A stretch of DNA of 64,000 nucleotides, taken from positions 2,217-66,216 of the IMG/VR virus record IMGVR_UViG_3300027418_000009, one strand, 5' to 3'. Source of the stretch: a virus (Duplodnaviria; Caudoviricetes). The notes below the pieces were generated by a model. It searched no databases, was not told the DNA's origin, and worked only from the letters and a program-made list of their open reading frames with translations. Below, piece by piece: positions 28,027 through 38,671 of this stretch. A program made the position numbers and the translations under genes. Position 1 is the stretch's first letter; every line of letters begins with the position of its first letter.

Positions 28027-29290
28027 TTATCCACAGGTTTAGACATAGTCTGGATGGTCTAATGGAGTAGGTGCTGTGATAAGACATTTACATTCCATAC
28101 ATTGGGCATCATCCAATAAATACCCTGCGATTTCATAGGTTTGTGGATCAAACTCTACAGTTAACCTTAAGAGTGTTGAGTGACAACAAGGACATACAGG
28201 TGTAGGGATACCTCTGATATCTATCATGGTTATCCAGCCATACGGATTTGTTGAAGATAGGCCATGTAGTTGAGAAAGATGAATAGGCCTAGCATTATGA
28301 TTAGGAAAGGTTTCATATATCCATCATATCACAGACAGGGGGAAATGTCCAATGTATCGTAATGTTTATATACCGTGGTTTTTTAAAGTTATCCACAGGC
28401 TATAGAACATATCTATTACATATGTTTGGTAGTTATCCACAGGCTAAACGATAATTTGTATACCAGGAATTAGTGGTTTAGCATAGTTATCCACAGGTTT
28501 ATCCACAGATTAATCTTACTGATAATATATTTAGACATTCTAGAAGTGGAGTGAAGTGGAGGATAGTGGAGTATGGAGCATTTTCAAGAAGGGCGTCGTA
28601 ATCTTTAACGGCCAAACCTCCTATCTACAAAACCTCCTATCCCCCTTTGCCCCTTATACCACAAACCTTTCTATTTGTCAAACCTTACAAGACATGGGCA
28701 TTATATACCATGAAACATGGTTTGTCAAGCCCAATTATTGTGCAAAACCTCATATAAAATTTGTACGAATTTGTGGATAAAATCAAATAAAATTAAATAA
28801 ATGTTTTAAATGTTTTATAAAAGAATCAAAAAGTTATTGTTTTATATATGGTGGTTTTACTATAGGGATTTGGTATCAGATGATCCTCTGTCCCCTGGGA
28901 TTTTGGGCTGGTACGGGGAAGAAAAATGCTCCTTCGTAATGTCGTGGCGAGATTGTACCACCTCCCACTGACATGCCTGGTACGGGGAAAAAATTCCGTC
29001 CTTCGTAATGTCTTCTAGTATTATTAAACTTGCCGATGGCGGGGGATAGAAAAGACTATGCAAAATACCCTAGGTATAACATCAAACAACTATACCACAG
29101 TATGGGTTGATTTGACAAATTGGGATATGTTTGATATAAGGGTTTGATATATAAGGTTTGATATGCTAGGTACGGGGAAAAGAAATGGCTCTTCGTAATA
29201 GAGGTTTGAAAAACCTAGGTTTGGGGAAAAGAATTGATCCTTCGTAATAAAGGTTTGAGAAAACCTATGACTGATATGTCTGGTTTGATA
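28027..29290. other. candidate replication origin
   Basis: Six TTATCCACA boxes, converging AAACCT/AGGTTT repeats, AT-rich core at 28780-28860, four GGGGAA-N12-TTCGTAA motifs. Confidence 0.5.
28039..28227 (-). CDS. small Zn-ribbon protein
   Basis: CPCC...CMEC. Confidence 0.55.
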   Translation of the reverse strand: MIDIRGIPTPVCPCCHSTLLRLTVEFDPQTYEIAGYLLDDAQCMECKCLITAPTPLDHPDYV

Positions 29291-29332
29291 TAATTTGTCG
29301 ATGAAATCTGGGGGGCCAGATGACTGATAAAC

Positions 29333-29644
29333 TTATTGCTCTTCTTCTATCTCTCCATTATCAACCTTGCGACCATACCCAAATGTAAGGATAGCCCCAA
29401 GTGACTGATCTTCTAGAGCGTCAACTTCTTCTTCTGTGATACTTAGTAGTTTAAAAAACATCTGAGTAGTCTCTTCAATGTATTGTTCACCAAGGTCTGT
29501 AACCTCAGACACCAAACCATTTGCGTGACAGTATGCCAAAGGCAGACCAATGTCATTGTATTCTATAAACGCAGCAAAATCTTTGTCTGCCTTAAACTCT
29601 AGCCATAGTTGTGCTAGCATCCCTGCTTTATCTGCGAACTCCAT
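29333..29644 (-). CDS. hypothetical protein
   Basis: ORF, overlaps the upstream gene. Confidence 0.6.
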   Translation of the reverse strand: MEFADKAGMLAQLWLEFKADKDFAAFIEYNDIGLPLAYCHANGLVSEVTDLGEQYIEETTQMFFKLLSITEEEVDALEDQSLGAILTFGYGRKVDNGEIEEEQ

Positions 29645-29867
29645 TGTTGGGTCCTTTCATCTCTAGCATAAGTTTATCATACTCTTCCATTGCTGTCAAA
29701 CTCAAAACCTCAAAGCGGTGGTAATTTATTAGTGGTAGATTTCTTACCATGTAATAACCTACTCTTTCTAAATCAACCGCAAAATCTTGGGTCAGGAGTT
29801 TTCCTATCTGCTCTGCTAATCTTGTTTCTTTGTTGGCGGTTGCCGTTCGTCTGATTGAATAAGCCAT
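29628..29867 (-). CDS. hypothetical protein
   Basis: SD GAGGAG. Confidence 0.6.
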   Translation of the reverse strand: MAYSIRRTATANKETRLAEQIGKLLTQDFAVDLERVGYYMVRNLPLINYHRFEVLSLTAMEEYDKLMLEMKGPNNGVRR

Positions 29868-29963
29868 AGTTATCTCCTCTCTTTCATTGTACCAAAAAAG
29901 TAGGGGGAGCGCAAGCCATGCGTTAACCAGCGCTCCACCCTGTTAATCTAAGGGACCCACTCC

Positions 29964-30329
29964 CTAGATCTGCTCAGCCAAAACCTTTGGATGATATGCA
30001 TTAATAAAATCTAGCCATGTAATAACATTTCCATTGTCATCAATAATAGTTTCTTTAGACACATCAATAATGACAGTGGTGTCACCTAAATCAAAGTTGG
30101 TACCCGCAATTGCATAAATACCAAACCCTGTCTCATCTAAAATAGAATCTTGCATTAAATAACTAATCATCATACGGTTAAAATATGCTACATCACTCCA
30201 CCTAGGCTTTGAATGCTGCAGGGCCATTGCTAGGTCCCGCTGCCATTCAGTCTCACCCCAATGGCTATAGAGTACTACAGATGCTTCGTCTTCAACATCC
30301 TTGAATACAAAATGGATCCGTGCTCCCAT
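29964..30329 (-). CDS. conserved phage hypothetical protein
   Basis: MGARIHF...LYSHWG; SD GGAGG. Confidence 0.6.
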   Translation of the reverse strand: MGARIHFVFKDVEDEASVVLYSHWGETEWQRDLAMALQHSKPRWSDVAYFNRMMISYLMQDSILDETGFGIYAIAGTNFDLGDTTVIIDVSKETIIDDNGNVITWLDFINAYHPKVLAEQI

Positions 30330-30635
30330 TAGTCTTCCTCCTCCACATAGTCTAAAACAACAACTGACATCTCTGCCCAAATTTCTTTGGCCAATTCAAT
30401 CTCATCTTCTTTAGTGTCACTGAACATAACAAAGTTCATATGGGCACCGCTTGGTTCGTGAATAAGTTCTACTGTATATTCGTTCATTTATTTTCCTCAC
30501 ATCTTGGGCAAGACTCAGGTGGTGTGCCAAAAAACTTCTTTCCGCAATTAGAGCATTTGAAGTATGGAACCGCAGTTGCTTCTTTCTCTCTAGCAATCAT
30601 GTCTTTAACTGCTTGGTCGTGGTCGTATTCCTCTG

Positions 30636-31082
30636 TCATTTTATTTCCAATCCTACTAGGGTCATTTCTTCAAGTGTAGCACATTGTGGGCATTTATACA
30701 AGTCGTGCTCATCAAAGGCATCTCTGATAGTATTATCAGGGTCCTCAAACTCAGCACTGCAGCCCTCACAGTAAAACCAGTTATAACTAACTCGTACCTG
30801 TATATCAGTATCAGGAGGGCACGGAACCTCAGTGATGAAGTATCCTAATCTATTTACAAATCCCCAGCCATTCCAGACATAGGACCCACCATCATCTCCA
30901 TCTCCATACATCCAGATATTGGCAGGGGATTGAGACTTAACAAACTCTACCTCATCACCATATGTCTCAAACATAATGCCACCTTCACCATTATCAAATG
31001 AGGCATTACTGTCTATATGATTAAGGATTGGCTTATATGTATCACACCACTCATCAAAGTCCATTTCAATAAAGTTAGTCAT
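30636..31082 (-). CDS. hypothetical protein with C-terminal Zn ribbon
   Basis: FETYG, VNRLGY, CEGC...CPQC. Confidence 0.6.
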   Translation of the reverse strand: MTNFIEMDFDEWCDTYKPILNHIDSNASFDNGEGGIMFETYGDEVEFVKSQSPANIWMYGDGDDGGSYVWNGWGFVNRLGYFITEVPCPPDTDIQVRVSYNWFYCEGCSAEFEDPDNTIRDAFDEHDLYKCPQCATLEEMTLVGLEIK

Positions 31083-31353
31083 TCTTCTTTATCCTGTCAC
31101 TAATGGCAAAAGCCAGTTGATATGTAAGGGCATATACTTCCACAAGGGCGTCCATTCTTCCTTCAGCCCGTGTTCTCTCCATAGAGAGCATTGCGTCTGA
31201 GTAGCCACCTTCACGCTCTTCAGCCTCAATCTCAGTATAATCGTTCTCTGCTTCTAGCATTAGGTTTTTAAGTTCCCCGTGTAGGATGTCAGTTCCTGAC
31301 TCTCCCATATCAATTAGTTTTTGTAGTCGTGGGTCTAGTGTTGTATTCATCAT
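31075..31353 (-). CDS. hypothetical protein
   Basis: Leaderless position behind a TGTCAG-N10-TACAAT promoter. Confidence 0.6.
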   Translation of the reverse strand: MMNTTLDPRLQKLIDMGESGTDILHGELKNLMLEAENDYTEIEAEEREGGYSDAMLSMERTRAEGRMDALVEVYALTYQLAFAISDRIKKND

Positions 31354-31562
31354 TAGTCTATTGTAGCCTCTAGCACTGACAAAAAGTGGTAGCAGGCAAG
31401 AATCTGTCCAGTAGTAGAAACATCTTCTAACTCTAAGTCCTTGTACTCATCACAGTCAAGGTCATCATAGAAGCCCATTTGCTTCTGTAGTTCCTCAGAG
31501 TCTTGCTCCAAGGATAGCAGGTGTAGTCTTACATATTGCTCAAATGTTTTTAAGTCGTTCAT
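31353..31562 (-). CDS. hypothetical protein
   Basis: MNDLKTF; TATAAT just upstream. Confidence 0.55.
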   Translation of the reverse strand: MNDLKTFEQYVRLHLLSLEQDSEELQKQMGFYDDLDCDEYKDLELEDVSTTGQILACYHFLSVLEATID

Positions 31563-31566
31563 AGTA

Positions 31567-31803
31567 TTAATTATACGGGTTCGTGTTGATTTTGACAACT
31601 TCACGGGGTGTGACATTGCTCACATCTGTAATGATAGGAGCGTGGGCTTCTTCATAACTAATATAGTTTAAGAACCTACCACAAGGGCACTTCATTTTCA
31701 CTTCCCCCAGGGGAAAGCCAAAGTCATCCCTGACAGTAAACTCAACCAGGGCATCACACTCATCAGGATCACAAACAAAGGTATATCTACTCCACATTGT
31801 CAA
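31567..31803 (-). CDS. hypothetical Zn-binding protein
   Basis: CDPDEC...CPCG. Confidence 0.55.
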   Translation of the reverse strand: MTMWSRYTFVCDPDECDALVEFTVRDDFGFPLGEVKMKCPCGRFLNYISYEEAHAPIITDVSNVTPREVVKINTNPYN

Positions 31804-31954
31804 AGTACCCTTCTGCCCATAGGCCTTGTAAGAAGTCGTGAGCAGTAACTAGATAGTTATGGATAGCAGGGTTCTCATCAGCATTGATTAACAAATCAGC
31901 CTGATAAACCCCATAGGTCATATCTGCTAAATCTCTTTGTGTATAGCCTAACAT
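31787..31954 (-). CDS. hypothetical protein
   Basis: MLGYTQ...LQGLWAEGYF. Confidence 0.5.
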   Translation of the reverse strand: MLGYTQRDLADMTYGVYQADLLINADENPAIHNYLVTAHDFLQGLWAEGYFDNVE

Positions 31955-32233
31955 TATGCCACCATTTCTGTAAGAGTTAACCAAGTTGTACAATACTTAC
32001 AATGCTCAATTTTTAGAGGGGATACAATAGAATGAGTACTATCAATGATAGCCTCAATCTTATCTAATACATCATCTAGTGTCATTAGCCTACCTCTATC
32101 CCTGCGTAGTGTGCGATAGTATTAAGAGTAGTGTGGACATGGCAGTCACAAGCCTCTCCACCCATGTTTTCTTCAAACTCTAGGTGAGAGTAATTGCTTT
32201 CATATATTTCATTAATTAGGTCGTCTATGGTGT

Positions 32234-32452
32234 TCACGCATATTCCTTTTCGTAGGCTGGGAGTGAGGTTACTACTAATTCTAACATTTCGTCAGGGTAT
32301 CTGTCAAGCACCCAATTAAGGGCCTGTCCAGCAGTCTTAAAGTCAGAGGCAGTAGTGCTCTCCCCATATCCTTGAATAGTTGCTTCCCAGCAGTCAACGC
32401 CACCAGGAGAGCAGGAGTAGTTCATTTCATATATTGCAACTTGTTGGGTCAT
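32234..32452 (-). CDS. hypothetical protein
   Basis: Leaderless position behind TTGCAT-17-TATAAT. Confidence 0.6.
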   Translation of the reverse strand: MTQQVAIYEMNYSCSPGGVDCWEATIQGYGESTTASDFKTAGQALNWVLDRYPDEMLELVVTSLPAYEKEYA

Positions 32453-32644
32453 ATATTAATTATAGCGTAGGGGTCTGACAAATGCAAGGTTTGGGGAAAA
32501 ATATTAGCCCTTCGTAAAGAAATTCCAGGAAAAATATCAGTCGTTCGTAAAGTTATTTTAGGATAAATCTCATGTGACCTAAATCACATTTCCTCGGCAA
32601 ATTTTTATTAATAAAAAATTATTACACGATCACAAAAAAAATGT

Positions 32645-32673
32645 TGAGCAGTTTTAATTCATGCTCAGGAATT
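32645..32673 (-). ncRNA. 3' pseudoknot element, copy 3
   Basis: aattc-c-tgagca-t-gaatt-aaaac-tgctca just after the DUF932 stop. Confidence 0.65.
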
Positions 32674-32679
32674 TTTTAT

Positions 32680-33696
32680 TTATGCGAGTGACATTACACC
32701 CTGTACAACTTTTAACAAACGATTTTTTTCTGCGTTAATAGCAGGGTCAAAACCACTTGCGGAAGCAAGGATAGATTCGTTAGAACCACCACGAGCAGAA
32801 CGGAACCAGTCAAGGCGTTCAGTTAGCGCATTGAAAGCACCCCACGCATTACCCGCAATCATTCCGTTAAACTCTCCTGTGTAGATGTCATTGATAACAT
32901 CAACCTTGTTTTCCCATTTCTTTACAGCACCCTTAGCGTCTTTTTCAGGCTTAGGATAAGCAGCAAGAATAATTTTGTTAAAGTCTAGCGCATTGACTTC
33001 TTTTTCAATCATAGCCTTAGCCATGATGTCAAATTCGTCCATGTACTTATTAGCCATGCCTAGAGTTTCTCTAGCAATAGCAACTTTACCACTAGCGGTC
33101 TGTGTGTGGCGAATCTTGAAAGATTGCTTGATACCATTCTTTTTCTTGATTGAACCAAGAGCAAGATTGAGAGTGTTAGCGCACACTACACGAACAGGTG
33201 TAATGCTTGCTTGAATAGCGATTGAGCCGTCATGTGATGTGTTGATGAGCAAATAAGTTTTTACCTTATCAGATACACCATTAGGGTCAAGAACAGTTTC
33301 GCGTTCTAGTGCTAGTGCGCCAAATACTACACGCCCACCCTTAATTGAGCCAGCCGTTTCCCAACGACCACCACCATCAAGAATGTTGTCACCAAATGAG
33401 AATAAATCCTCATTTTGTAAAACATGATAACGCTCACCTACTACACCTAAAATGTCAGTCTGTGTTGTATCTGTTGGGTTAGTACGCAAAACATACTGGT
33501 ATGCCTTGTCGCTTGTTAGATGTGTTGGGGTTTCTAAATCCTCAAGACGAACATTCCAATTATCAAGACTTGCTAATGAAAGCATTTCTGATGTTGTTTT
33601 TTCATCTGTGAATACAGTACCCAATCCATGCCAAGCAGGTTCTCTAAATGAAGCAAAAGAAGCCTTGCCGTTTTGTGTTTCTAGGTCATGTGCCAT
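32680..33696 (-). CDS. DUF932 family phage/plasmid protein (TIGR03299-like)
   Basis: MAHDLE...PAWHGLG, ETAGSI.GG, NTSHDGS, TPVRVVCANTL, IRHT, WGAFNALTE. Confidence 0.85.
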   Translation of the reverse strand: MAHDLETQNGKASFASFREPAWHGLGTVFTDEKTTSEMLSLASLDNWNVRLEDLETPTHLTSDKAYQYVLRTNPTDTTQTDILGVVGERYHVLQNEDLFSFGDNILDGGGRWETAGSIKGGRVVFGALALERETVLDPNGVSDKVKTYLLINTSHDGSIAIQASITPVRVVCANTLNLALGSIKKKNGIKQSFKIRHTQTASGKVAIARETLGMANKYMDEFDIMAKAMIEKEVNALDFNKIILAAYPKPEKDAKGAVKKWENKVDVINDIYTGEFNGMIAGNAWGAFNALTERLDWFRSARGGSNESILASASGFDPAINAEKNRLLKVVQGVMSLA

Positions 33697-33870
33697 GAGT
33701 TTATTTCCTTTTCTGTTGTTGTTATTATTTCAAGTATAGCAGGATAGTCTGACAAAAGCAAATCGGGATAGTTAGACATGGACAATCTGGACATTGTGAG
33801 AAAGATCACCCCATCGTAACGGCGTGTCGATTTGACATTTCGTCGGCAAAAATTTCAAGGATTTTAAAAG

Positions 33871-33901
33871 TGAGCAGTTTTGCACAGACATGCTCAGGTC
33901 C
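33871..33901 (-). ncRNA. 3' pseudoknot element, copy 4
   Basis: ggac-c-tgagca-t-gtct-gtgcaaaac-tgctca. Confidence 0.6.
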
Positions 33902-33919
33902 TTTATTAGTAGCCCCCTA

Positions 33920-34336
33920 CTAAATTTCTATTCTATCCACACTGGATGACAAATAAGAAATAGAATCATCATTATAAGAAACAGAATCAAAATCAATATC
34001 ATAGATTGCATTCTGTGCAGACTCTTCGTCTCGTGCATTAACAGTGACTGAGTATTGAACTGTAACTTCAACCTCAAACTCTTTTGTTAATTCAAAGCCA
34101 CAGATTTCTGCAATTTCATTTGCTTCGTCTTCATTGATTGTTCCTGATTCAAGTGCACTAAAAGTCCACTCTTGCATTCCTTCACGAATGCCGTTAAGTT
34201 GTGCAGCAGTATTAAAGTCACGAGTAGTAACTCTTGCAACATGCTCTTCAAGTTGCTTTATGCGTCCTTCATTTTCTACTAACCGTGACTCAAGAAATTC
34301 TCTTGTCATATAGTGGTTATCTGGTGCTTGCTCCAT
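33920..34336 (-). CDS. hypothetical protein
   Basis: Own TTGACA-18-TATAAT promoter and SD. Confidence 0.65.
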   Translation of the reverse strand: MEQAPDNHYMTREFLESRLVENEGRIKQLEEHVARVTTRDFNTAAQLNGIREGMQEWTFSALESGTINEDEANEIAEICGFELTKEFEVEVTVQYSVTVNARDEESAQNAIYDIDFDSVSYNDDSISYLSSSVDRIEI

Positions 34337-34398
34337 AAGGGGCCTCTTTCTGTTAGTTGGTTAATTTAATTATACTGGGTGCCACTGACAATTGTCAA

Positions 34399-34896
34399 TT
34401 ACCAAGATGATGAGTAATAGAATGATAACTTATCAAATTCAGGCAGAGCAAAGACTCGCTCTAACTGAGTAATAGTATTCTTTAGGTCGTTCCAATACCA
34501 TTCATCAATATCTGTTCCACCAAAGAAAAATCCTTCTTGTGGTGGCAATAGGCTTGGGTCCTTAGTTTCAAGTGCGTGTTCGCAGATAACCTTTAGTTCT
34601 GTTAGTTTATCTTGTGAAACATAGTAATCTCCGCAATTATCATTACCGCCTTGAACATTTGTGACAAACCAGTTGTGTATCTGATTAGCCTTGCGCCAGT
34701 AGGCACAGGTGACCAATACTTCTGCTCCATACATATCTGTTGCTACATCTGTGAGTTGTGTGATTTCCATTAAGTCATTAAACTTAGGATATACCGCTTC
34801 AGGTGAGTTATAAGTTAATTCATCATTAGCCTGTAGTTTGTTCCAGTTGATTTTTTCAAAGTGCTTTCTTGCACTGAGATACATATCTAATCCCAT
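34399..34896 (-). CDS. conserved phage hypothetical protein
   Basis: MGLDMYL...YWRKANQIHNWF...GFFFG...YYSSSW. Confidence 0.7.
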   Translation of the reverse strand: MGLDMYLSARKHFEKINWNKLQANDELTYNSPEAVYPKFNDLMEITQLTDVATDMYGAEVLVTCAYWRKANQIHNWFVTNVQGGNDNCGDYYVSQDKLTELKVICEHALETKDPSLLPPQEGFFFGGTDIDEWYWNDLKNTITQLERVFALPEFDKLSFYYSSSW

Positions 34897-34981
34897 TGGG
34901 GCTCCTTCTTGTTGTTTATATTAATTATACTGTGTGGGTCTGACATTTGTCAAGTGCCCTGGTGATCGTGGGGGAGTGTTG

Positions 34982-35009
34982 TGAGCAGTTTATAGTCGTA
35001 CTCAGGACT
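34982..35009 (-). ncRNA. 3' pseudoknot element, copy 5
   Basis: agtc-c-tgagta-c-gact-ataaac-tgctca. Confidence 0.65.
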
Positions 35010-35021
35010 TTCATTATCTAA

Positions 35022-35444
35022 TTATAGATACTGAGCGATTGCGTTGTAGGTTGATGTGGAAACTGTTTCCTCATCTGTCATCTTTAGCAAGCGAATTGCG
35101 TTTGTGATTTCTTTCTTTGACTCGCGGTAAGTGCTGGAGTGAATAACCTCAAAATCCTTTTCAGGTTCTGCTGGGAACTCTCCCTCTTTTGTCTTGATGT
35201 CAAAATCAACATTTAGCGTATCTGACCAAGAACGATAGTTGGTGCGTAGGTTTTCAGCCTTTGAGAAATGAGCCATAGCCCACTTTCCAATTTCTACTTT
35301 CCAAGCCTCATAAGCAAGGGTGAAGTTTGCTTCTTTTGCTGATTGTGTTGCGTAGTCTGCTTCTAGGGTAGCAAGTGCTTCCTCTAGTCCTGCGATTACT
35401 CGTACTGTTGGGATTTTTACATTTATTGCTTTTGTTCTAGCCAT
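35022..35444 (-). CDS. hypothetical protein
   Basis: Own TGTCAG-N10-TATAAT promoter. Confidence 0.65.
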   Translation of the reverse strand: MARTKAINVKIPTVRVIAGLEEALATLEADYATQSAKEANFTLAYEAWKVEIGKWAMAHFSKAENLRTNYRSWSDTLNVDFDIKTKEGEFPAEPEKDFEVIHSSTYRESKKEITNAIRLLKMTDEETVSTSTYNAIAQYL

Positions 35445-35513
35445 TGGGTTTTCTCTTTTCTTTGTTGTGGGTTAGTTTCTATTATAGCGTGGGGGTCTGA
35501 CATTTTACTGAAG

Positions 35514-35541
35514 TGAGCCTTTTTGTATCTTGCTCAGGATA
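35514..35541 (-). ncRNA. 3' pseudoknot element, copy 6
   Basis: tatc-c-tgagca-a-gata-caaaaa-ggctca. Confidence 0.55.
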
Positions 35542-35592
35542 GGTCACGCCACTTATTTATAGTGGCTGTACGCTAGCCACTTAGTAGTTAGA

Positions 35593-35757
35593 CTACTTTG
35601 CTGTCCAAGTTGTATAACGGGCTGAACCATTTACATCTAACTTCACACGCACATTTCCATTTGCTTGTGGAGTGATTTCTTGGATTGTTCCTGTGACCTT
35701 TGACTTCTGAGTTGTGTAGAGGTCGCCTACCTTGTATGTGTTTGTTGCTACTGACAT
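35593..35757 (-). CDS. small beta-rich (SH3/KOW-like) protein (not in ORF track)
   Basis: MSVATNTYKVGDLYTTQKSKVTGTIQEITPQANGNVRVKLDVNGSARYTTWTAK. Confidence 0.55.
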   Translation of the reverse strand: MSVATNTYKVGDLYTTQKSKVTGTIQEITPQANGNVRVKLDVNGSARYTTWTAK

Positions 35758-36112
35758 TGTGTTTCTCTTTTCTATTAGTTGGGCTGGATTGCCTTATGTA
35801 TTAAGTATAGCAAAAAATCTAAGAAATAACAAATCCATTTCCAAATAATCTCAAAATGTGAGACATTTTCTATGTGATTTGCGTCACTAGGTTTCCTGCG
35901 TATAATACAATTTTAGCAGAAAAATCTCAAAAATACAAATTTTGGGGAATAATGTTAGTGTGTTCTTAAACACATTTTAGGCTGAGCGTGGCGGATTTGA
36001 CAAATCAAAGATTTTGCGCCGATGATTTTTTTGCAGGGGATCTAGGTCCCACTTGCCCCTAGTATATTTGCAAGCAACATCAGTGCTAGCAACACGTACA
36101 AAAAAGTTTCCA

Positions 36113-36847
36113 TTACTTTTTAGTTGCGCTAAACACGATGTCTGCTTTATTGTAAACACAGAGTGAGCAAGATACGCATGCGGACCCAGCAGTGCTAATT
36201 AGTGGAATGGCCTTTAAGTTTTCAGGACACTTAGCACCAGGCTTACCTATCATTTCTTTCATGTCTGCCTGCCCAATAGCAAAATTCTTAGCAAGGTATG
36301 CTAGGCGAACACCAGAATTAATTTTAAGGTCAACACCAATTTTTACATTCTCACTATCAGTGCTAAAGTAAAGAGACAGGTTATCAATATCCTTAAGCAT
36401 GAGGGCAGCAGACTTCACACGAGTGTACACCCAAAATTGAATGTCAAGGTTATTAAGGATGATAGTCTTCCATGCCTCAGTGTAAGTATCATTAAAGAAA
36501 TCTCCGTCCCAGTGGATACGAAATAGCATAGGGGCGTCTTTCTTGATACAGTCTGCCTTGAAATCATTAATCATATCAGTTAGCAATGCTTCCATAGTTA
36601 ATTGATCTGCGTCTTTAAGTAAATCCCAATTGTGTAGTAGGTTAGCCTTTACACCCTTGAAGAGTTTTTCCAGTTTTCCTGCGTAGCATATGCTTTCACA
36701 AACACTAGTGGCACCAGGACACGAGAAAGCCTTTCCAGCAGGGAGACCAAAAGTATTTGCGATTGCTGCTTGTTTTCCATTTTTCGTGACAAGGTTAGCC
36801 ACCTTTCTATCATTAGAGCGTTTTAGTTTAAGTGTATTAGTAGTCAA
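36113..36847 (-). CDS. phage Gp88-like protein
   Basis: FGLPAG..CPGA..C..ICYA, FRIHWDGDF, FWVYTR, C..C.LC. Confidence 0.7.
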   Translation of the reverse strand: MTTNTLKLKRSNDRKVANLVTKNGKQAAIANTFGLPAGKAFSCPGATSVCESICYAGKLEKLFKGVKANLLHNWDLLKDADQLTMEALLTDMINDFKADCIKKDAPMLFRIHWDGDFFNDTYTEAWKTIILNNLDIQFWVYTRVKSAALMLKDIDNLSLYFSTDSENVKIGVDLKINSGVRLAYLAKNFAIGQADMKEMIGKPGAKCPENLKAIPLISTAGSACVSCSLCVYNKADIVFSATKK

Positions 36848-37480
36848 GGGAGAGACTCATTTCTAGTGCCATGTCTTCATTCGTTACTGAGTCTGCTAAT
36901 TCATTTGTCCAGCAATAATCACAGATAGGCATGAATTCATCAACCGCATTTTCTTTACATTTAGGGCAGGTTGTTGCGTAGTATTCATCTAGCAGTTCAT
37001 CATTTTCGTAGGTCATGGGCTATTCTCCTTGTTGTTTCTTTAATTGTAGCAGTTCGGACTGACATTTCCTACGATTGTAGGCTTTCTTTGAAGGCACGGC
37101 AGAGGCAGCATTAGAACGCCTTAGTTCCATAAGTCTGCGTAATTCCTCATTTGTTTTCTTCATATAGCAATACTAACACACATCTGATAAAAATGTCAAA
37201 TCCAGATCGTGTGATAAAAATCACAAAAAATTTTTCCCGCCCAGGATTGGGGGAAATAAAAATTGCCTTCTTAAAGATATTTTATAAGGGTTACCAGTGA
37301 GTAGGTCAAGGTTATCCACAGGTTATACACAGACACACCCGAACGCGCCGATGAAAAAATTGCAGTTTTTATTCTGCAATCTTTTTTTTATTTATTCTTT
37401 TTCGATTTCATCTAACAATTCCCAAAGTATTGGTTCTAGTTCTTTAGAAACTAAATCTAATTTTTCTTGTAGTGTTTTCA

Positions 37481-37675
37481 TTACTGAACCAACCCTTCGA
37501 ACCATTGAGAAAATCCACCTGTAAAGAATACCTCTTCACCTTGCGAATTAGTGAGTGTTGCGATTACTGATTCAGTTTCATCATTAACCTCAAGAATCTC
37601 TTTTACAAGATAATTTTGGTTATTGGAGATAAACAGTTTTCCAACAGTGATTTTATTGATTATTGATAGTGACAT
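37481..37675 (-). CDS. hypothetical protein
   Basis: ORF in the early gene array. Confidence 0.5.
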   Translation of the reverse strand: MSLSIINKITVGKLFISNNQNYLVKEILEVNDETESVIATLTNSQGEEVFFTGGFSQWFEGLVQ

Positions 37676-38133
37676 TAGTTTTCTACTTTCTTTAGTTCAT
37701 GATTATTATTAAGGGGGCGATTGTTATTAGAGAACATGGACTCTATAACCGCTTTATCTTTTATTGATTGAGCAATTCTTTTTTCTTGTTGCTCTTTAAG
37801 AATTCTATCAAAGGTACTCATTAGTCAAAGTATCCAAATTCTCCTATGCAAGAACCACAGATACCTGAGAATTCTTGCTCATGCTTTTCGCAATAAGCGA
37901 CTTTCTTTTTTTCATTAGTGTTAGTCATTTTTGACCTAACCTTTCTTAGTGAGAGTTTCTCACTTTCTTACTCTGTAAGTGTAGCACGAAAGGCTGACAT
38001 TTATCAAGTTACTAGGCAGTAATTCCACATAGTAAGACGCTCAAGGCGTGTGATAGTAGTCACAAGAGTTATCCACAAGAGTTATCCACAACAGTTATCC
38101 ACAGGCGCCGATGAAAATTTGTCGGCATTTTTT

Positions 38134-38376
38134 TTACTCACCTTCTTCAATAAAAACATAAAACGGAATTGTTGCGTTGTAAATAAATTTAGTAAATTCT
38201 TTTTCACCAAATTCATTTTGTGTTTCTACTTCATAGTTATCGCCTGTACCATCAGTAGAAATAGAAATGACTTCAACAATATCATTTTCAATTCTGATTA
38301 AATCACCAACCATTAACTGATCTGGTGTTAAGTTATCTGCGTGAGTTAATTCCATAGCAATCATTGTATCAGACAT
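38134..38376 (-). CDS. hypothetical protein
   Basis: LMVGDLI beta-rich ORF. Confidence 0.55.
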   Translation of the reverse strand: MSDTMIAMELTHADNLTPDQLMVGDLIRIENDIVEVISISTDGTGDNYEVETQNEFGEKEFTKFIYNATIPFYVFIEEGE

Positions 38377-38377
38377 T

Positions 38378-38671
38378 TTATTCCTCATCTTCATCTAGTG
38401 GGTCAATAAACCAAGATAGGTGGTGCTGTTCAATTATAGCCCACGCAGGTGCTTGCTTGCTACCTTTATAGGTTATCTGAAAGTCACCAACCATAGGCAT
38501 GTCAATTAAGCGGTTATAGTCCTCATCATAGGCTGCGTCAATAGCCTCAATACAAGGGGCAACCATTTCTGAGGGTACGGGTGGATAGTGATTACCTTTC
38601 AAGTGATAAAGTAATTGTGTTTCAAGGTCTAGTACCTCATCTTTTATTCCTAGTGCTGTTACTGATCCCAT
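38378..38671 (-). CDS. hypothetical protein
   Basis: HLKGNHYPPVP...HHL; SD GAGG. Confidence 0.6.
   Translation of the reverse strand: MGSVTALGIKDEVLDLETQLLYHLKGNHYPPVPSEMVAPCIEAIDAAYDEDYNRLIDMPMVGDFQITYKGSKQAPAWAIIEQHHLSWFIDPLDEDEE

Noticed and set aside
28556-29063. ORFs 28556..28780 and 28860..29063
   Set aside because: They overlap motif-dense origin-like DNA and lack protein-like features
28900-29290. Spaced repeats as a CRISPR array
   Set aside because: Only short bipartite words are conserved, spacing is irregular, and no cas genes are visible
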